Assembly: GCF_963921235.1 (NCBI RefSeq) | Contig: NC_086118.1 | Location: forward strand, 17,486,001-17,550,000 | Reading direction: 5' to 3' | DNA from: Mobula hypostoma | Lineage: Eukaryota | DNA: 64,000 nucleotides | Shown: one piece after another, positions 1-13,225 of the stretch | Layout of the letters: each line of letters begins with the position of its first letter | Numbering within the stretch: position 1 is the stretch's first letter | Position numbers and translations under genes: made by a program | Notes under the pieces: model-generated | What the model was told of the DNA's origin: nothing | Databases searched by the model: none | The model's input: the letters and a program-made list of their open reading frames with translations, nothing else

Positions 1-428
1 CTGCTACCGGGGCCGAGGTCAAAACGCTCGGCAGAGATGGTGCTCGGTGCTCGGTGTCAAATAGGTTGTCGGAGGCTTGGAGTTTTCGGACGGACTCGGA
101 GTCGGACTGTAATCGAATGCTTCCGGGATGCTGCATCGGCAAGTTGGCAGCACTGAAGGTTTACCGTCCGCGTGAGATGATGGGACTTTCAAGAGCTTCT
201 GAGACTTTTACTGTGCCATGGTCTGTTCTTATCAAATTACGGTATTACTTTGCACTGTTGTAACTATATGTTATAATTATGTGGTTTTTGTTAGTTTTTA
301 AGTCGGTTTGTCATTTGTTTTTCGTGATATTATTCTGGAAAAACATTTTTATCATTTCTTAATGCATGCATTACTAAATAACAATAAAAGGGAACTACGT
401 GTCCTCATAATCATAATAATCATAATCT
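1..428 (+). mobile_element. 3' part of a non-autonomous retroelement, same family as 53360-54022
   Basis: Close match to 53590-54022 (ctcggcagagatgg...atcaaattacggtatt...aataaaag...gtgtcctcataatc). Ends in a (CATAAT)n-like tail. Confidence 0.8.
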
Positions 429-1352
429 AGTTTAAATCCACTGGAGCCTCTCTAGCAACCCTACCTGCAAGAATATTTGTCCCCCTCCAGTTTAGAGGTA
501 AACCGTCCCTGCGGAACAGGTCCCACCTTCCCTAGAAAACTGCCCAATTATGTATAAATCTGAAGCCCTCCTTCCTGTACCATGTCTTCAGCCACATGTT
601 GATCTGCGCTATCTTACTATTTCTAAACCCGCCTGCTCATGGTACCGGTAGCAATCCTGAGATTGCTATCCTGAAGATCCTGTCCTTTAACTTGGCACCT
701 AACTCCCTACTCACCTTTCAGGACCTCCTCACTCTTCCTACCCACGACATTGGTCCCTACATGGACCACGACATCTGGCTGCTCACCATTCCTCTTGAGA
801 ATACTGAGAACTCGATCCGAGATATCACGGACCTTGGCACCAGGGAGGGAACAAACCATCCGGGATTTTCGATCTCTTCCACAGAACCTCTTATCTGTCT
901 CCCTAACTATCGAATCTCCTATCACTACTGCTCTCCTCTTTTCCCTCCTTCCCTGCTGAGCTGAGGGTCCCATCTCTGTGCCAGAGACGCAACCACTGCA
1001 ACTTGTCCCTGGTAGGTTGTCTCCATTAACAGTATCTAAAATTATATACCTACTATTGGTGGGAACGGCCACAGGGGTTCTCTGCTCATTCTGTCTATTC
1101 CCCTTCCCTCTCCTGCCAGTCACCCAGCTACCTGTCTCCTGACTCTTAGGGGTGACAATCTCCCTGTAACTCCTGCTTATTTCTGCCTCTGCCTCACGAA
1201 TGATCCAAAGTTCATCTGGCTCCAGCTCCAGTTCCCTAACTTGGTTTGTCAGGAGCTGCAGCTGGATGCACCTTTTACAGGTGTAGTCATCGGGGACGAT
1301 TGTGTTCGCCCTGACTTCCCACATACTGCAAACGGAGCACTCAACTGCCCTA
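429..1352 (-). mobile_element. CR1 LINE fragment, ORF1 region
   Basis: Contains ORF 707-1324, a CR1-type ORF1 protein. Confidence 0.85.
707..1324 (-). pseudogene. CR1 ORF1 remnant (Cys motif plus SGNH/GDSL esterase-like domain)
   Basis: CKRC, VVIGDSIVR, VCSLPGAKVRD and VHVGTN are the esterase blocks of CR1 ORF1. Ends at a premature stop. Confidence 0.85.
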
Positions 1353-1989
1353 ACAATTTTTCAATAGTTTCAGATTGAGTAGGGTGGAAGGTGCTGTGTG
1401 AAGTATCAACGCTAAAGAATGGGTCGTTTCTGCGCTGTGCATCCCACGCAATTTTTGTGGAAGAACAGTGTTTACTACTGAAGAGTTAACACAGTGCCCC
1501 ATGGACATAGAACCTGAGTCCACATTAAGAGAACTATAAAGGTTAACCAACCCAGAAATGCTGTCCAATTTGTCACTTGGCCAAACATACCTGCTACAAA
1601 TAGTTTCTTTCCAATTTGATATTTTTGCACTTCTGTGCCAAGCAAAACAATTGATGTTACAGCATCATTGATTGCAAATCATGGCTGTACAATGACAAGG
1701 CATGCCTTAGGCTTACACGTCTCTCTGACTGTTCCTTTTTTTGACAGGTTTTCTCACCAAGCATCCTTGCAACACAGGTTAACTGCATCATTGGCAAAGA
1801 GACAAAAATGCAAACATTGGGAAGACAGCAAACTTTCTCTCAATGTTAACAAAAGAGGTGGTCATTGACTTCAGGAAGGGGACAGTACACATGCTCCTGT
1901 CTACATTAATGGTGTCAAGGTTGGGAGAATTGAGAGCTTCAAGTTAATTGGAATGAATCTGTCATGGTCCAACCATGCTGATGTCATAG

Positions 1990-3895
1990 CCAAGAACGTC
2001 CAGTGACAGAGCAGCTCTCAGAGTACCCAGGAGAAACCTCATATTAGGCATCAAGAGGGCAAAGACTGCCTATGCACAGAATAATTCAGAAACACCTTTC
2101 TGATAACAATTATGGGCATATGAGGCTGGGCATCAAGGGCATCACTGACGACACAAGGAAAAAGTGTCGACCGTACCAGTGACACCTCCTTCCCTGACAC
2201 TCTTAACAAATTTTATGCACACTTTTAGGCATACATCACCACACTGGCCACGAAAGCTAAACTCTTCCCAGGTAAGCAGCCACTGTCTGTAACAGCAGCA
2301 GACGTGAGAAGGACTGGAGAAGATCAGTCCCCAGAGCTTGCTGGGCCACACAACGTCCCAGGCTGAGTACTCAGGAAGTGTGCGTACCAGCTCACTGACA
2401 CCTTCATCAGCAGCTTCAGCACCCCCCTCATCCAGGTTGCTATCCCAACATGCTTCAAATCAGCCACCACCATCCTTGTACTAAAAAACTCTATGCTTAC
2501 ATAACTAACCAAGTATAGCCCAAGGAGACTGATGCCAATCCTCATGGAGTACTTTGACAATGGCATGTATCAAAAACACCCGTCTTGTCACATTGGACAG
2601 TCACCAATATGCTTATCGACTGAACTGCTCTGCGACAGATGCCAGAGCATCTGCCAAGCACCTGACCCTGACACACCTAGGAACGAAGGCACTGATGTCA
2701 GAATGCTGTTTCTGGATTTCAATTTGGCGTTAAACACTATTGTCCCACAGACCTTGGTGAGCAAGGTCCCACCCTTTGGTCAAAATATTCCATTGTGCAA
2801 CTGGATATTGGACTTGCTAACAAACAGACTTCAGATAGTCAGGATGCACAACTGCTTCTTCTCTCCATCATTCTCAACACGGGTGCCCCCAGAGCTGAGT
2901 GCTGAGCACATTGCTGTACACCCTGCTCATACGTGAATGCACAGCCAAACACCTGAATAATCACATTCTCAAGTCCACGGATAACACGATGTGTGCGGGG
3001 CTCAATGACAATGAGACATTCTACAGAGAGGAGGTGGAAGAGCTGGAGGCCTGGTGTAAGGAAAATAACCTCTTCCTTAGTGTCAACAAGACAAAGGGGA
3101 TAGCTATCAATTTCAGGAGAACTTGGACCACTGAAACACGCCCCCCCCCGCCGCTTTACATCAGTGGAAACTGTAAGAAGTTTCAAACTCCGCGAGTGCA
3201 CACCACACACAACCTCTCATGGTCCCAGCACACATCCTACACAGTCAGTAAAGCTCAACAATGTCTCTACTTTCTGAGGAGGCCGACGAGAGCTGGACAA
3301 TGCACAGCCGTGCTCATGCCATTTTACAGATACATCATAGAGAGGGTTTTAACAAGTGGAATCATTGCATGGCACAGAAACTGCACTGTGGTGGACAGGA
3401 AGGCTCAACAATGTGTAGTCAAAGCTACCCAATGCATCACCAGCCATCCACCATCAAGGACATATGTACAACAAGGTGCCAGAAATGGGCCAGTAACATC
3501 ATGAAAGCTCCCACACACCTTGCTCATGGACTGTTCATCCCACTCCCATCAGGGAGAAGCTACCTAGCATCCACACCAGGACCACTAGATTCAAAAACAA
3601 TTACTTTCCCCAAGCAACACCTCCACCCACCAACCCACACTTCCATACCCCCAACCACCACCACTTTTTATTTCCTGTCAGTTATCTCTTACACAAACAC
3701 TCTTGTGCTTTGCATTACTTTATGGATCTACAATCAATGCATATAAGCTACCTTTTTATTTAATTTATTATGTTTTTATTATCATTATTGTTTTCTTTAT
3801 CTTTTGTGTTTTTTGTGCTGCATAGGATCCAGAGTAATAACCATTTCATTCTCTTTTACACTTGTCTACTGGAAATGACATTAAACAGTCTTGAA
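1990..3895 (+). mobile_element. Degraded Rex1/Babar-type LINE: RT 3' half and 3' UTR
   Basis: Fragmented ORFs with VRMLFLDF..ALNTIVP, LCNWILDLLTNR, WCKENNLFLSVNKTK and KAQQCLYFLRR. Tail attaaacagtcttgaat. Confidence 0.8.
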
Positions 3896-4149
3896 TAAAG
3901 CTCACAATGCTTCTTCGTCCTCAGGAGGCTACAGAAATTTGACATGCACCATTGACCCTTACCAATTTTTGTCAATGGATCATAGAAAGCACTCTATCTT
4001 GATGCATTACGCCTTGGTATGGCAACTCCAATGCAGGTGCCTGCTAGAAATTGCACAGTGTTGTGGGCATTACAAGGCCTTCAACCCCCTATCGTTATGC
4101 TGACCTTTGAACTACTCCACAACCTATCTATCTTTTCCCTCCCACACAA

Positions 4150-4595
4150 CCCTCCATTTTTTTCTTTCATTCATAAGCCTATCAAGGAGTAAATTAAATG
4201 TACCTAATGTATCTGCCTCTACTGCCAGCCTAAGCTGTGTGTTCCAAGCTCTTGCCACTCTCTGTGTAAAAAAACTTACCTCTGGCATCAGCCCCTATAC
4301 TTTCCTCTAATCATTTTAAAATTATGCTTTTTTGCATTAGCCATGGCCACCATGGAAAAAAGGCATTGACCTTCCACTCTATCTATAGCTCTTGTCATCT
4401 TATTCAGCTCCATTAAATCACAGCTCATCCTCCTTCGCTCGAAAGAGAAAAGCTTGCTCAACTTATCCTCATCAGACATGCTCTCTCAACCAGGCAGTAT
4501 TGTGGTAAATTTACTTTGCACCCTCTCTAAAGCTTCCACACCCTTCCTTTCACAAAGTAACCAGAATTGAACACAGTACTCCAAGTGTGGTCTCA
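4150..4595 (-). mobile_element. CR1 3' fragment
   Basis: Reverse frame reads LFSFERRRMSCDLMELNKMTRAIDRVE, a CR1 ORF2 C-terminus. Confidence 0.75.
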
Positions 4596-4969
4596 AGCAC
4601 CAAATAGCTCAGAGTGGATCAATTATAAATGCATTTATTTTACTTGCAGCAAGTGGAGACCATCACTGCACAAGCACCAGTGGTAGCTTCCAAAAAACAG
4701 ATACCTTAGCCACTCCCTTATACACAAGTGCATCTACCCACACCACGGTTCAAGAAAAAGTCCTTCTGCATAATCAATGTACTTGGCATTCATTCAGTAA
4801 TGCATCTGATGGTTAGCAGTTTGTCAAGGACTCAGGTTTCATTGGCATAATTTTGCGCACCACTATTGGCAAAGCACTCTTGTACAATACAGGTTCCATT
4901 TTGTTACTACACGTAAAGAACATTTCCACAGTGGTTTAACCAGAGTATTATGGAGCTATAACGGTACCT

Positions 4970-5700
4970 TGTTCAAAGTTCAAATTTATTATCAAAGCAC
5001 ATGTACATCACCATATACAACCCTGAGATTCATTTTCTTGCAGGCATACACAGTAAATCCAAAAAACACAGTAGAATCAGTGAAAGACTGCACACAACAG
5101 AACAGACAAACAACCCTTGTGCAAAGCGAACAATCTGTGCAAATACAAAAGAGTAATAATAATAATAAATATAATAATAATTAATAGGTAAATAAATTAG
5201 TCAACAATAAAGTAAACAACATGAGGTGAAGAGTCCTTGAAAGTCAGTCCATAGGTTATGGGACAGTTCAGTAATGGGGCAAATGAAGTTGAGTGAAGTT
5301 ATCTACTCTGGTTCAAGACCCTGATGGTTGAAGGATAATAACTGTTCCCGAACATGGTGGTGTGGGTCCTGAGGCTCCTGTACCTTCTTCCACATGGCAA
5401 CAGTGAGAAGAGAGCATGACCTGGATGGTGAGGATTCTTGATGATGGATGCTGATTTCCTGTGACAGCACTCTGTGTAAATGTGCTCAATGGTAGCAGGG
5501 CTTTACAAGTGATTGACTAGGTCATATCCACTACTTGTAGGAGTTTTCATTCAAGGGCATTGGTATTTCCATACCAGGCTGTGATGCCTCCAGTCGATAT
5601 ACTTTCCACTACGTCTATAGAAGTTTGTTAAAGTTTTAGATGTCATGCAGAACCTTTGCAAACTCCTAAGGAAGTAGAGGTGCCGCCATGTTTTGTTGCT
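4970..5700 (-). mobile_element. Rex/Babar-type LINE 3' end
   Basis: Tail gttcaaagttcaaatttattatc and HLYFLRSLQRF. Homologous to 19595-20725 and 56738-57205. Confidence 0.75.
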
Positions 5701-5714
5701 ATTGAACTGAATCT

Positions 5715-6700
5715 TAATTAAGGTCAACATGTGATATGCCTTCTTAAGCACCCTATCAACTTACACGGCATCTTTGAGGGATCTATGGACTTGGACCCCA
5801 AAATCCCTCTGTTCCTTCATACTACTAAGAATCCTATATTCTGCCTTCAAGCTCAACCTTACAAAGTTTGTCAGTTCACACTTTTCTGGATTGAACTCCA
5901 TCAGTCATTTCTCAGCTCAACTCTGCATGCAGTCAATGTCTCATTGTAACTTACCTTGAACACTATCCATAACACCACTATCCTTTGTGTCATCTGCAAA
6001 CTTACTAACCCACCCTTTGACTTCCTCATCTAAGTTATTTGTGAAAATCAGAAAGAGCCAGGGGTCCCAGAAAGGAACCCTGCGACACACCACTGGTCAC
6101 AGACATCCAGGCAGAATACATTCCATCTACATATTCAACCCTCTGTCTTCCGTGGACAAGTCAATTCTGAATTCACACATTCCATGTCTCCAGAATTCCT
6201 GAAAGAGCTTACTAAGAGGAACTTGTCAAATGCCTCACTAAAATCTGTCTACAGCCCATCCACTGCTCCACTTTCATCAATTTGATCTGTCACTTCCTCA
6301 AAGAATTCGCTCAGGCTCATGAAACATGATCTGCCCTCACAGTGCCCTGCTGTCTATTTCTAAGAAACCTCTCTAATAGTTTGCTTACTGCTGATGTAAG
6401 ACTCGCAGGTCTATAATTCACAGGATTATCCCCAATACCTTTCTTGAACAAAGGAATAACATTTGCCACCCGCCAATCTTCTGGTACTACCCTGTGGCTA
6501 ATGAGGATGTAAAGAACACCCCAGAATCCCTGTCACTGCTGAATAGTGAAGCTAAGTATTCATTAAGCTCTTACCCTACCTCCTCTGTCTCAAGGCACAT
6601 GATAGGTCCTACCCTCTTTAGTTAGCCCCCTATTTTTTACATATGTGTGGAATATCTTGAGGTCTTCCTTAATATCAGTCACCAAACCCTTTTTATCTCC
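5715..6700 (-). mobile_element. Degraded CR1 RT fragments
   Basis: Plus-strand gtcatctgcaaact is the reverse FADD motif; other CR1 RT segments are recognisable. Confidence 0.7.
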
Positions 6701-6939
6701 CCTTCTAGAAGTCTGTGATCTATAGCTCTAGTCTCTTTAACCAGTGATGATATTTTTCCCACATCCACTGTGCTGAGCTCAATAAGAAATTTTAAGCAGA
6801 TCATCAGTAAACTAAAGATGTATGGACTATCTTGTATCTATAAATTCCAAACTCAAGGTCAATAAACCCTTTAATTTGGCAAGGTAGATTGAGTGTGAGT
6901 CTCTTGCAATGTTCCCTCTGATTTGTAATGACCAGTGCC

Positions 6940-7495
6940 CCACATTTTAATTCCACATCCCATTCCCATTCTGACATGTCTATACACAGCCTCCTCTACT
7001 GTAAAGATGAAGCCACACTCAGGTTGGAGGAACAACACCTTATATTCCGTCTGGGTAGCCTCCAACCTGATGACATGAACATTGACTTCTCTAACTTCTG
7101 CTAATGCCCCACCTCCCCCTCGTACCCCATCTGTTACTTATTTTTATACACACATTCTTTCTCTCACTCTCCTTTTTCTCCCTCAGTCCCTCTGAATATA
7201 CCCCTTGCCCATCCTCTGGGTCCCCCCCCCGTCTTTCTTCCTGGACCTCCTGTCCCATGACCCTCTCGTATCCCTTTTGCCTATCACCTGTCCAGCTCTT
7301 GGCTCCATCCCTCCCCCTCCTGTCTTCTCCTATCATTTCGGATCTCCCCCTCCCCCTCCAACTTTCAAATCCCTTACTCACTCTTCCTTCAGTTAGTCCT
7401 GACGAAGGGTCTCGGCCTGAAACGTTGACTGCACCTCTTCCTAGAGGTGCTGCCTGGCCTGCTGCGTTCACCAGCAACTTTTATGTGTGTTGCTT
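6940..7495 (+). mobile_element. Penelope-like element: GIY-YIG end plus pLTR
   Basis: Near identical to 22862-23415. Confidence 0.9.
7395..7430 (+). ncRNA. Minimal type I hammerhead ribozyme motif, GUU triplet
   Basis: agtc-CTGACGA-a-gggt ctcg gcct-GAAA-cg-TT-gact. Confidence 0.65.
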
Positions 7496-8599
7496 CCAAA
7501 TATCACTCCACTCCTTCCCATTTGAAAATTCTCCAGCAACTTTTGCATCGCAACAACACACACAGGTAACACCAGTTTCTGTATTGTACATAAATTTTTC
7601 TCGTAGCTGCACATTCCTGATCTCATGAGCTTTCGGTGTAGCAGTTTCTACTGTTTCATTAAGCTATTTCATTTTAAATGAACTAGCAGTTCTTTTGTGT
7701 TTCACACCCTTTGCTTCTTTGGAATTCGACACAGTGAATCAATAATTTCTTCACTAAAAGCAGTATATATAAGCCAGTTCTAAAATCTGTAGACAAATCA
7801 TCACAAGCTCTACGTTGTCAACATCATCCGTATCAGAAATTGGAAAAGGAAATGTGATCGTGTACGATCATGAAATATTCTTAAATATCAACGAGGTAGA
7901 GGATGACAACCTTCTGTGTGCAGTTGAAATTCCTTTGCGCGTTAGTAGCAAAAAATGTGCGCACACCTACACCTTAAAAGGAACATTGATTCCTCGTAAT
8001 ACTGGCAAATCCATACATCTATCCTACCTCATGTTACCTGTTGAAGGAAACATAGTTGAGAGATTGGAGAAGGGCAAGAATAAGTCCTTGTGGATGACTA
8101 GAAGGCATTACAGGGTGGGAGGAGAAAGAGAAACCACTTTCGATAATGCTGGATTAGGATGAAGTGAGGTAAATGGTGTTTGATTTCAGTGGATAGTGGT
8201 GAAGAGAGTGGTGAAGAGAGTGACGTAGTCAACCCAGGTCAAATGTTAAAGGTTGATAATTTTGACTGTTCTCCTCTGCAAGCTTTGGTATTTGTCATTA
8301 GTTTCTAAGATATGAACTGTTTTGAAATTGTGATAGAATCAAATGGACTGTAAAATTGTGTTCTGAGAAAGACATGAAGAAACTAAAGTACATTCAAGGA
8401 TTTTGGAGAAGAATACGAAGCTCAAGAAACAGCATCAGTATGCAAGGACAGAGAGTCAAGGATTGTTCTAATGAGGAAATGACATTGGGTGCAAGGAAGA
8501 GCAGTAGTACTCCAAAGGGCCAATCAATGTTAGCAGATAACTTGGGGTCCCTGGAAATAGATTTGAAGAAGCAAGATATGGGTCTCATGGTCAAATAGA

Positions 8600-9431
8600 G
8601 CATTGAAATAATATCAGCGTGTTAAGAGAAAAAATAAAGATTGAAGCACTGACAATGTTCAGACAATCTGTTCAAATCAACCACATATTTTTGATTCCAC
8701 TTATGAAACTTAAAACATTCTGCAATCAACAATGGATTTGTTACTAACTATTCCTGCATTATATTCACAACATCAGCAACACTCATTCTGGCTGGTTTGG
8801 TTGGAGCAATCCTAAGCAAACTGCGTATCTTTAAACCCACTGCATTCAGCAAAACTGGCACATGCTGCTTATTGGCTCCTTCATTTGCTTCAAAATACTG
8901 CTTAATTTGCTAGTATTGATGAGCCAGTTATCCATTGTGCAATTGAAAGTGTCTGACTTTCTGATGTAGCCAGCCATTTCCATGAGTTTTAATTTATGAT
9001 TATTATCATTCAGTGCTCACTGTTTATGAACCCTAAATTTTGTCCTGGTTTTTTTAAAACTCAACTTCTCCTTTTCCGAAGAAGCACACGCTGCTTTGAA
9101 GAAAATCAAATGCAAGGCGCTTTTTAAAAACTCAAACATCTTGTTGCGCTTCAACAGGGAGGTTGTCATGTTGGGTTCATTTATAAAATGTCGCCACTGT
9201 TATGTTTTGTAACTCCAAAACATATAAATTAATTGAAAAGAAACATGGAGCAGGGAATGTGAATCTAACTTCATTTTTTACTTTAAGTGAGGTGCACTCA
9301 TATGATGTGGTAGCATCATGCCATATGTGATTTACTTATTTTAACATATACCCTGTAATGATTTACGTAAAAAATGAACAAGAATGCTTAATCAATCTAT
9401 TTACAATACTACTGCAATATTAAATATACAC
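8600..9431 (-). mobile_element. Gypsy (Mag-like) LTR retrotransposon 5' fragment: LTR, PBS and gag start
   Basis: LTR ~9198-9431 with a TGT edge at 9198, followed on the minus strand by PBS TGGCGAC. Degraded gag reads MAGYIRKSDTF..QYFEANE..VPVLLNAVG..APTKPA..LLIAECFKFHK. Confidence 0.75.
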
Positions 9432-9474
9432 TGTTCAATGAAATATTGAATACTCGTCTACAGTACCTCAGCTC

Positions 9475-10370
9475 CTTGTTCCTAATCCCTCCTTATATTC
9501 CTTGATTCCTTTTGTATCCAGAAATCTATCCATTTTCAATACAATCAATGTACGAGGGGTGATAGATAAGTTCGTGGCCTAAGATAGAAGGAGCCAATTT
9601 TAGAAAACCTAGCACATTTATTTTTCACATAGTCCCCTCCTACATTTACACACTTAGTCCAGCAGTCGTGGAGCATACGGATCTTGGACCTCCAGAAAGT
9701 GCCCACAGCAGGGGTGATTGATAAGTTTGCGGCCTAAGGTAGTGGAAGCTGAGTTATACATCTCTCGTTACATGCACATGCAGTTCAACTCTTCCAGTGA
9801 TTATGCAGAAAGTTTGAAATTAATAACTCATTTCCTTCTACCTTAGGCCACAAACTTATCAATCACCACTAGTACGAGCCTCCACACACTCCAGGATTGG
9901 GAACTTCAAAAATTCACTATTTTGCATGTGAAGAAATTTCTCCCCATCTTAGCCCTACATGGCCTACCCCTTATTTGGACCCTGATCCCTGATTCCAGAG
10001 GTTCTTCTCTTTCAAGTCCAATAAAAAAATTATACACTTCAGTGAGATCTTTTCTCATTCTTCTAAGCACTAGAGAATACAGGTTTAGCCTACTCAGTCT
10101 TTACTATAAGGCATCCTACCCTTTCAAGAAGTTCGGTAAATCGTTATTGTACTCTTTCAATGGGAAGTAAATCCTTTCTTTGGTAAGGATACCAAAATAG
10201 TACATAATACTCAAGGTGAACACTTACCATGGTCTATATAGTTTTAAGTAGATACGTATGGTTTCATGCTTGGACCATCCTGGAGTAGACCAACGTTCCA
10301 CTTGGTTTCCTAACCCCTTGGGTTTCATAGATATATGTACAAGAACAACTCAGTCCCTTTGAACCTCAAT
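9475..10370 (-). mobile_element. CR1 3' fragment split by a mariner MITE
   Basis: CR1 3'-end sequence on both sides of 9551-9874. Confidence 0.65.
9551..9874. mobile_element. Tc1/mariner non-autonomous element (MITE)
   Basis: TA at both ends. ~40-bp TIRs cgaggggtgatagataagttcgtggcctaagatagaagga and tccttctaccttaggccacaaacttatcaatcaccactag. A third TIR copy lies at ~9710-9742. Confidence 0.85.
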
Positions 10371-10623
10371 ACTGGGTTGTATTGTTGAGGTGAGACATGG
10401 TGGTTCATTTTCAGCCTCCCATGCCCTGACTTTAGGATGTCTTCTCTATCATTTGCAATGTTATGAAGCTGTCCACCAGCAATGACTTACTGCTTGCAGG
10501 CATTACTTTTGTTTAAATGTTAGACATGGAAGTGACGTGGGTTTTCGGTGACTTAAAACAGATCACCTGGGTCACATTGACCACTATATTGGCCAGCATT
10601 TCACTTGAAATTCAATATTCCCT

Positions 10624-10929
10624 TGGGCCGGCTGATGGGGCAATGACATCGGCGCCGTACCTGGGAGCGGGGGTTCCCGGGTTCGAAACCAGTCGGGTCC
10701 GCTCCCGAGTACACTTTCCATCCGTGCCGGGTTAAGTATCGAGATCGCAACTCAACCTCATAAAATAAAGGGAAAAATACTGCGAAAATGTTTGTGTGAG
10801 GAGTGGCGAGCCACACAGTCTCCCTCTCGCTCCGCGCCTTGTAAAAGCCGTGAAAAAGAGACATCATCACGGACGCAGGCAGGCACACGCACAAACTCGC
10901 ACCCATGCAGGTACATGCCAAAAAAAAAA
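10624..10929 (+). mobile_element. Young tRNA-derived SINE with poly(A) tail
   Basis: A-box-like tggggcaatga and B box gggttcgaaacc. Perfect 17-bp TSD gaaattcaatattccct at 10607-10623 and 10930-10946. Confidence 0.9.
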
Positions 10930-11379
10930 GAAATTCAATATTCCCTATTCTCTCTATCCCTACTTCCCCGCTGATTGTGTCAAAAGCGAACTTGCCTTAA
11001 AAACACAATGTATCTTCAGATTCTTTTAAAAAAAATTATTATTTTTCAACTTTAATAGATGGCTTGAAACCAGCAACATAAGTTAAAGTGGATGTTTCTC
11101 CCCATTGTGAATGCAATGCAGAATAGTCAAAGTGAAGTTCACAGACATGTCATTCTTGTTTTAAGCATGCTGGAAACGTCGTAATATTTCTGTGCATTTT
11201 GGGGTGCTGCACTGGAGTTTAGTTTTTTTGCTGCAAGGTGTGCTTTAATTTTTCAATAATAGTTAAGCTGTCGAGAGGGGCAACATTCAGGATTTGGGGG
11301 AGTTTATAGTCTTTCTGATGAAGTTGATAATTGGTCAGGAATTCACACCATGATTCCAACCAATCTTATCAATTGCAGT

Positions 11380-11700
11380 CAGAATGATAGATGTTTGGGA
11401 CACCTGAAGACATACATTCCCAATTTTTTCTCAAGGTAACTTCTGCTGATCCAGTCGTGGGCTTCAGAGAAACATTGTGGAAAATTGATGATGTTGGACG
11501 AAACATCAGACGTGGTCTTGATGTGGAGCTGGGAGTCATGTAGGTACCTGTGCAATCCTATGGCATATTTCCAGGTGATATCAGCATCCTGGTGGAAACA
11601 GTAGGAAATGGTTTTGTAGCAGAAAGACAAGCCACTCCATTTGCTGAATAACAGAGGAGAAGAAGGTGATAAATGTCCACCCATGTTAATGAAGAGGGAG
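11380..11700 (-). mobile_element. Old L2-type RT fragment
   Basis: GLHRYLHDSQLHIKT..QCFSEAHDWISRSYL resembles the L2 pattern FHxYADDTQLY..CLSDIxxWMxxNFL. Confidence 0.55.
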
Positions 11701-13009
11701 AGCACATGATAAATAAGGAAGATTTGCTACAAAGATGCTAGTGAGTATTGAATTAGACAAGAATTGGTGCTAGCTTGGTACTTTATGTATTGTTTTGCTC
11801 TACTGGTCATTTTGCTGGCTTATTTTTTCTCATTTTGTTTTTTTTCTGTATTCCTTCTCCATATGTGACACACTATTAAACATTCCCGATAAGTAAACTA
11901 ATCATGTGATAATTATCAAACAAGAGCGATGTCTATATGCACAGTGCCTTTACAGAGAATGATGTGAACGCATGAAAAGCTTTGCATCAAGTCTGGGGAA
12001 CTAAATTCAGTTTATTTTGATTGAAGCGAATCCAAAATCCCAAAGGGGCTAAAGTATATAAACAAGGCTGAGACCCTGGTCTTGTAAACACTTTTGTCCT
12101 GCTTACTTTGGCGCAAATGTGAAGTCCAGTAGATAAGCATCTGCAATGCCATGTTTACACTGCGTTCTCAGTGTGGGACTGATGCTTGGAGAGATTACAG
12201 AGAGTGTACAGCCATGAGGTCATTTTATGGTGATGTGGCAAACTACCTGAATAGGACAATTTTTGGCTCCGCATTACAAATCTAATTCCAGGAATGGGTA
12301 GAGGTTTGCGGGGCAGAGGCAGCTGCATAACAGTAAGGACCAATATGTCTGTACCGTGTAATTTTGATAAGGCCGCTAAGGCATTACTGGGCTTGCAGTG
12401 TGATTTCCCTTTGTTCATGAACTGCTTAATACTTGATGTATTGGGAATAAATGGTGCTGTCTCCATTGAAGTTTGGAAGCGATGGATGGGAGGGGTAGGG
12501 AGAGATGTTTTCCACGTGCAGGAAGGTGGGACTACAGGTAGATCAGTTTGACTTTGGCTACATGGGCCAAAGGGCCTGTTTTTGTGCTGTCTTTCTACAG
12601 TTACGGCCTGATGCCCAAGCTGTACAAAAATACGACATCAGGTTAGTCCAAGATGATGTCTGACACCCCACATTAATTTCCAGCCATGTTTACTTTGACT
12701 ATGCCTTTATAATCCTTACGCCTGCCTCAGCCATTCTATTCTAGACTTGATCAAATCTATAATACTCAGACATTTTAAACTAGTTGAAATAAATTTAAAT
12801 AAAGGGTGTTCTAAAATATTATTTAAACAAAAATAACTTACGTAAATTAATTGAAAATGTTAATGTTAAAATAAAGAAAAAGCAAATTGAACCATTTAGC
12901 TTTATTAGCTTTTGTTTTCTCCAGGAAAGTAACCAACCATAATCATGCAGCATTGAAGAAAGCTCTTCAGGTCATTGCATCTGTCCCATCCTTCAGGCAT
13001 TCATTTACC

Positions 13010-13225
13010 CTTACCCCTACAATTGTCCTCCCCTACCATTCTACCAAGAATCTACCATACACAATGGGCAACTAATCTTCCAACCAACATGTCCTGAGGA
13101 AGTGAAAATAAACTAGTTTGCTGCAATGAAACCCACGCGGTCGTGAGAAGAATGTGGAAACTTCATAAAGGCAGCACAGTTGTTCAGGATCGAACCCAGC
13201 CACTGGCTTTCTGTGACAGCAGCTC
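13010..13225 (-). mobile_element. Degraded tRNA-derived SINE
   Basis: Reverse B box (ggatcgaaccc on plus strand) and body similar to other SINEs in the window. Confidence 0.5.

Larger units (their letters stand above)
6907..7988. mobile_element. Probable non-autonomous hAT-like DNA transposon, interrupted by a Penelope insertion
   Basis: Inverted termini caatgttccctct (6907) and aaaaggaacattg (ending 7988). The 8-bp flanks match only weakly (gtctcttg vs attcctcg). Confidence 0.55.

Noticed and set aside
7091..7628. Recurrent ORFs MLVNAAGQAAS.. and ..SPDEGSRPET..
   Set aside because: Incidental translations of the non-coding Penelope pLTR on either strand.
10625..10700. tRNA genes here and at other SINE heads
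   Set aside because: The A and B boxes run into SINE bodies with tails and TSDs, and no complete cloverleaf is evident.
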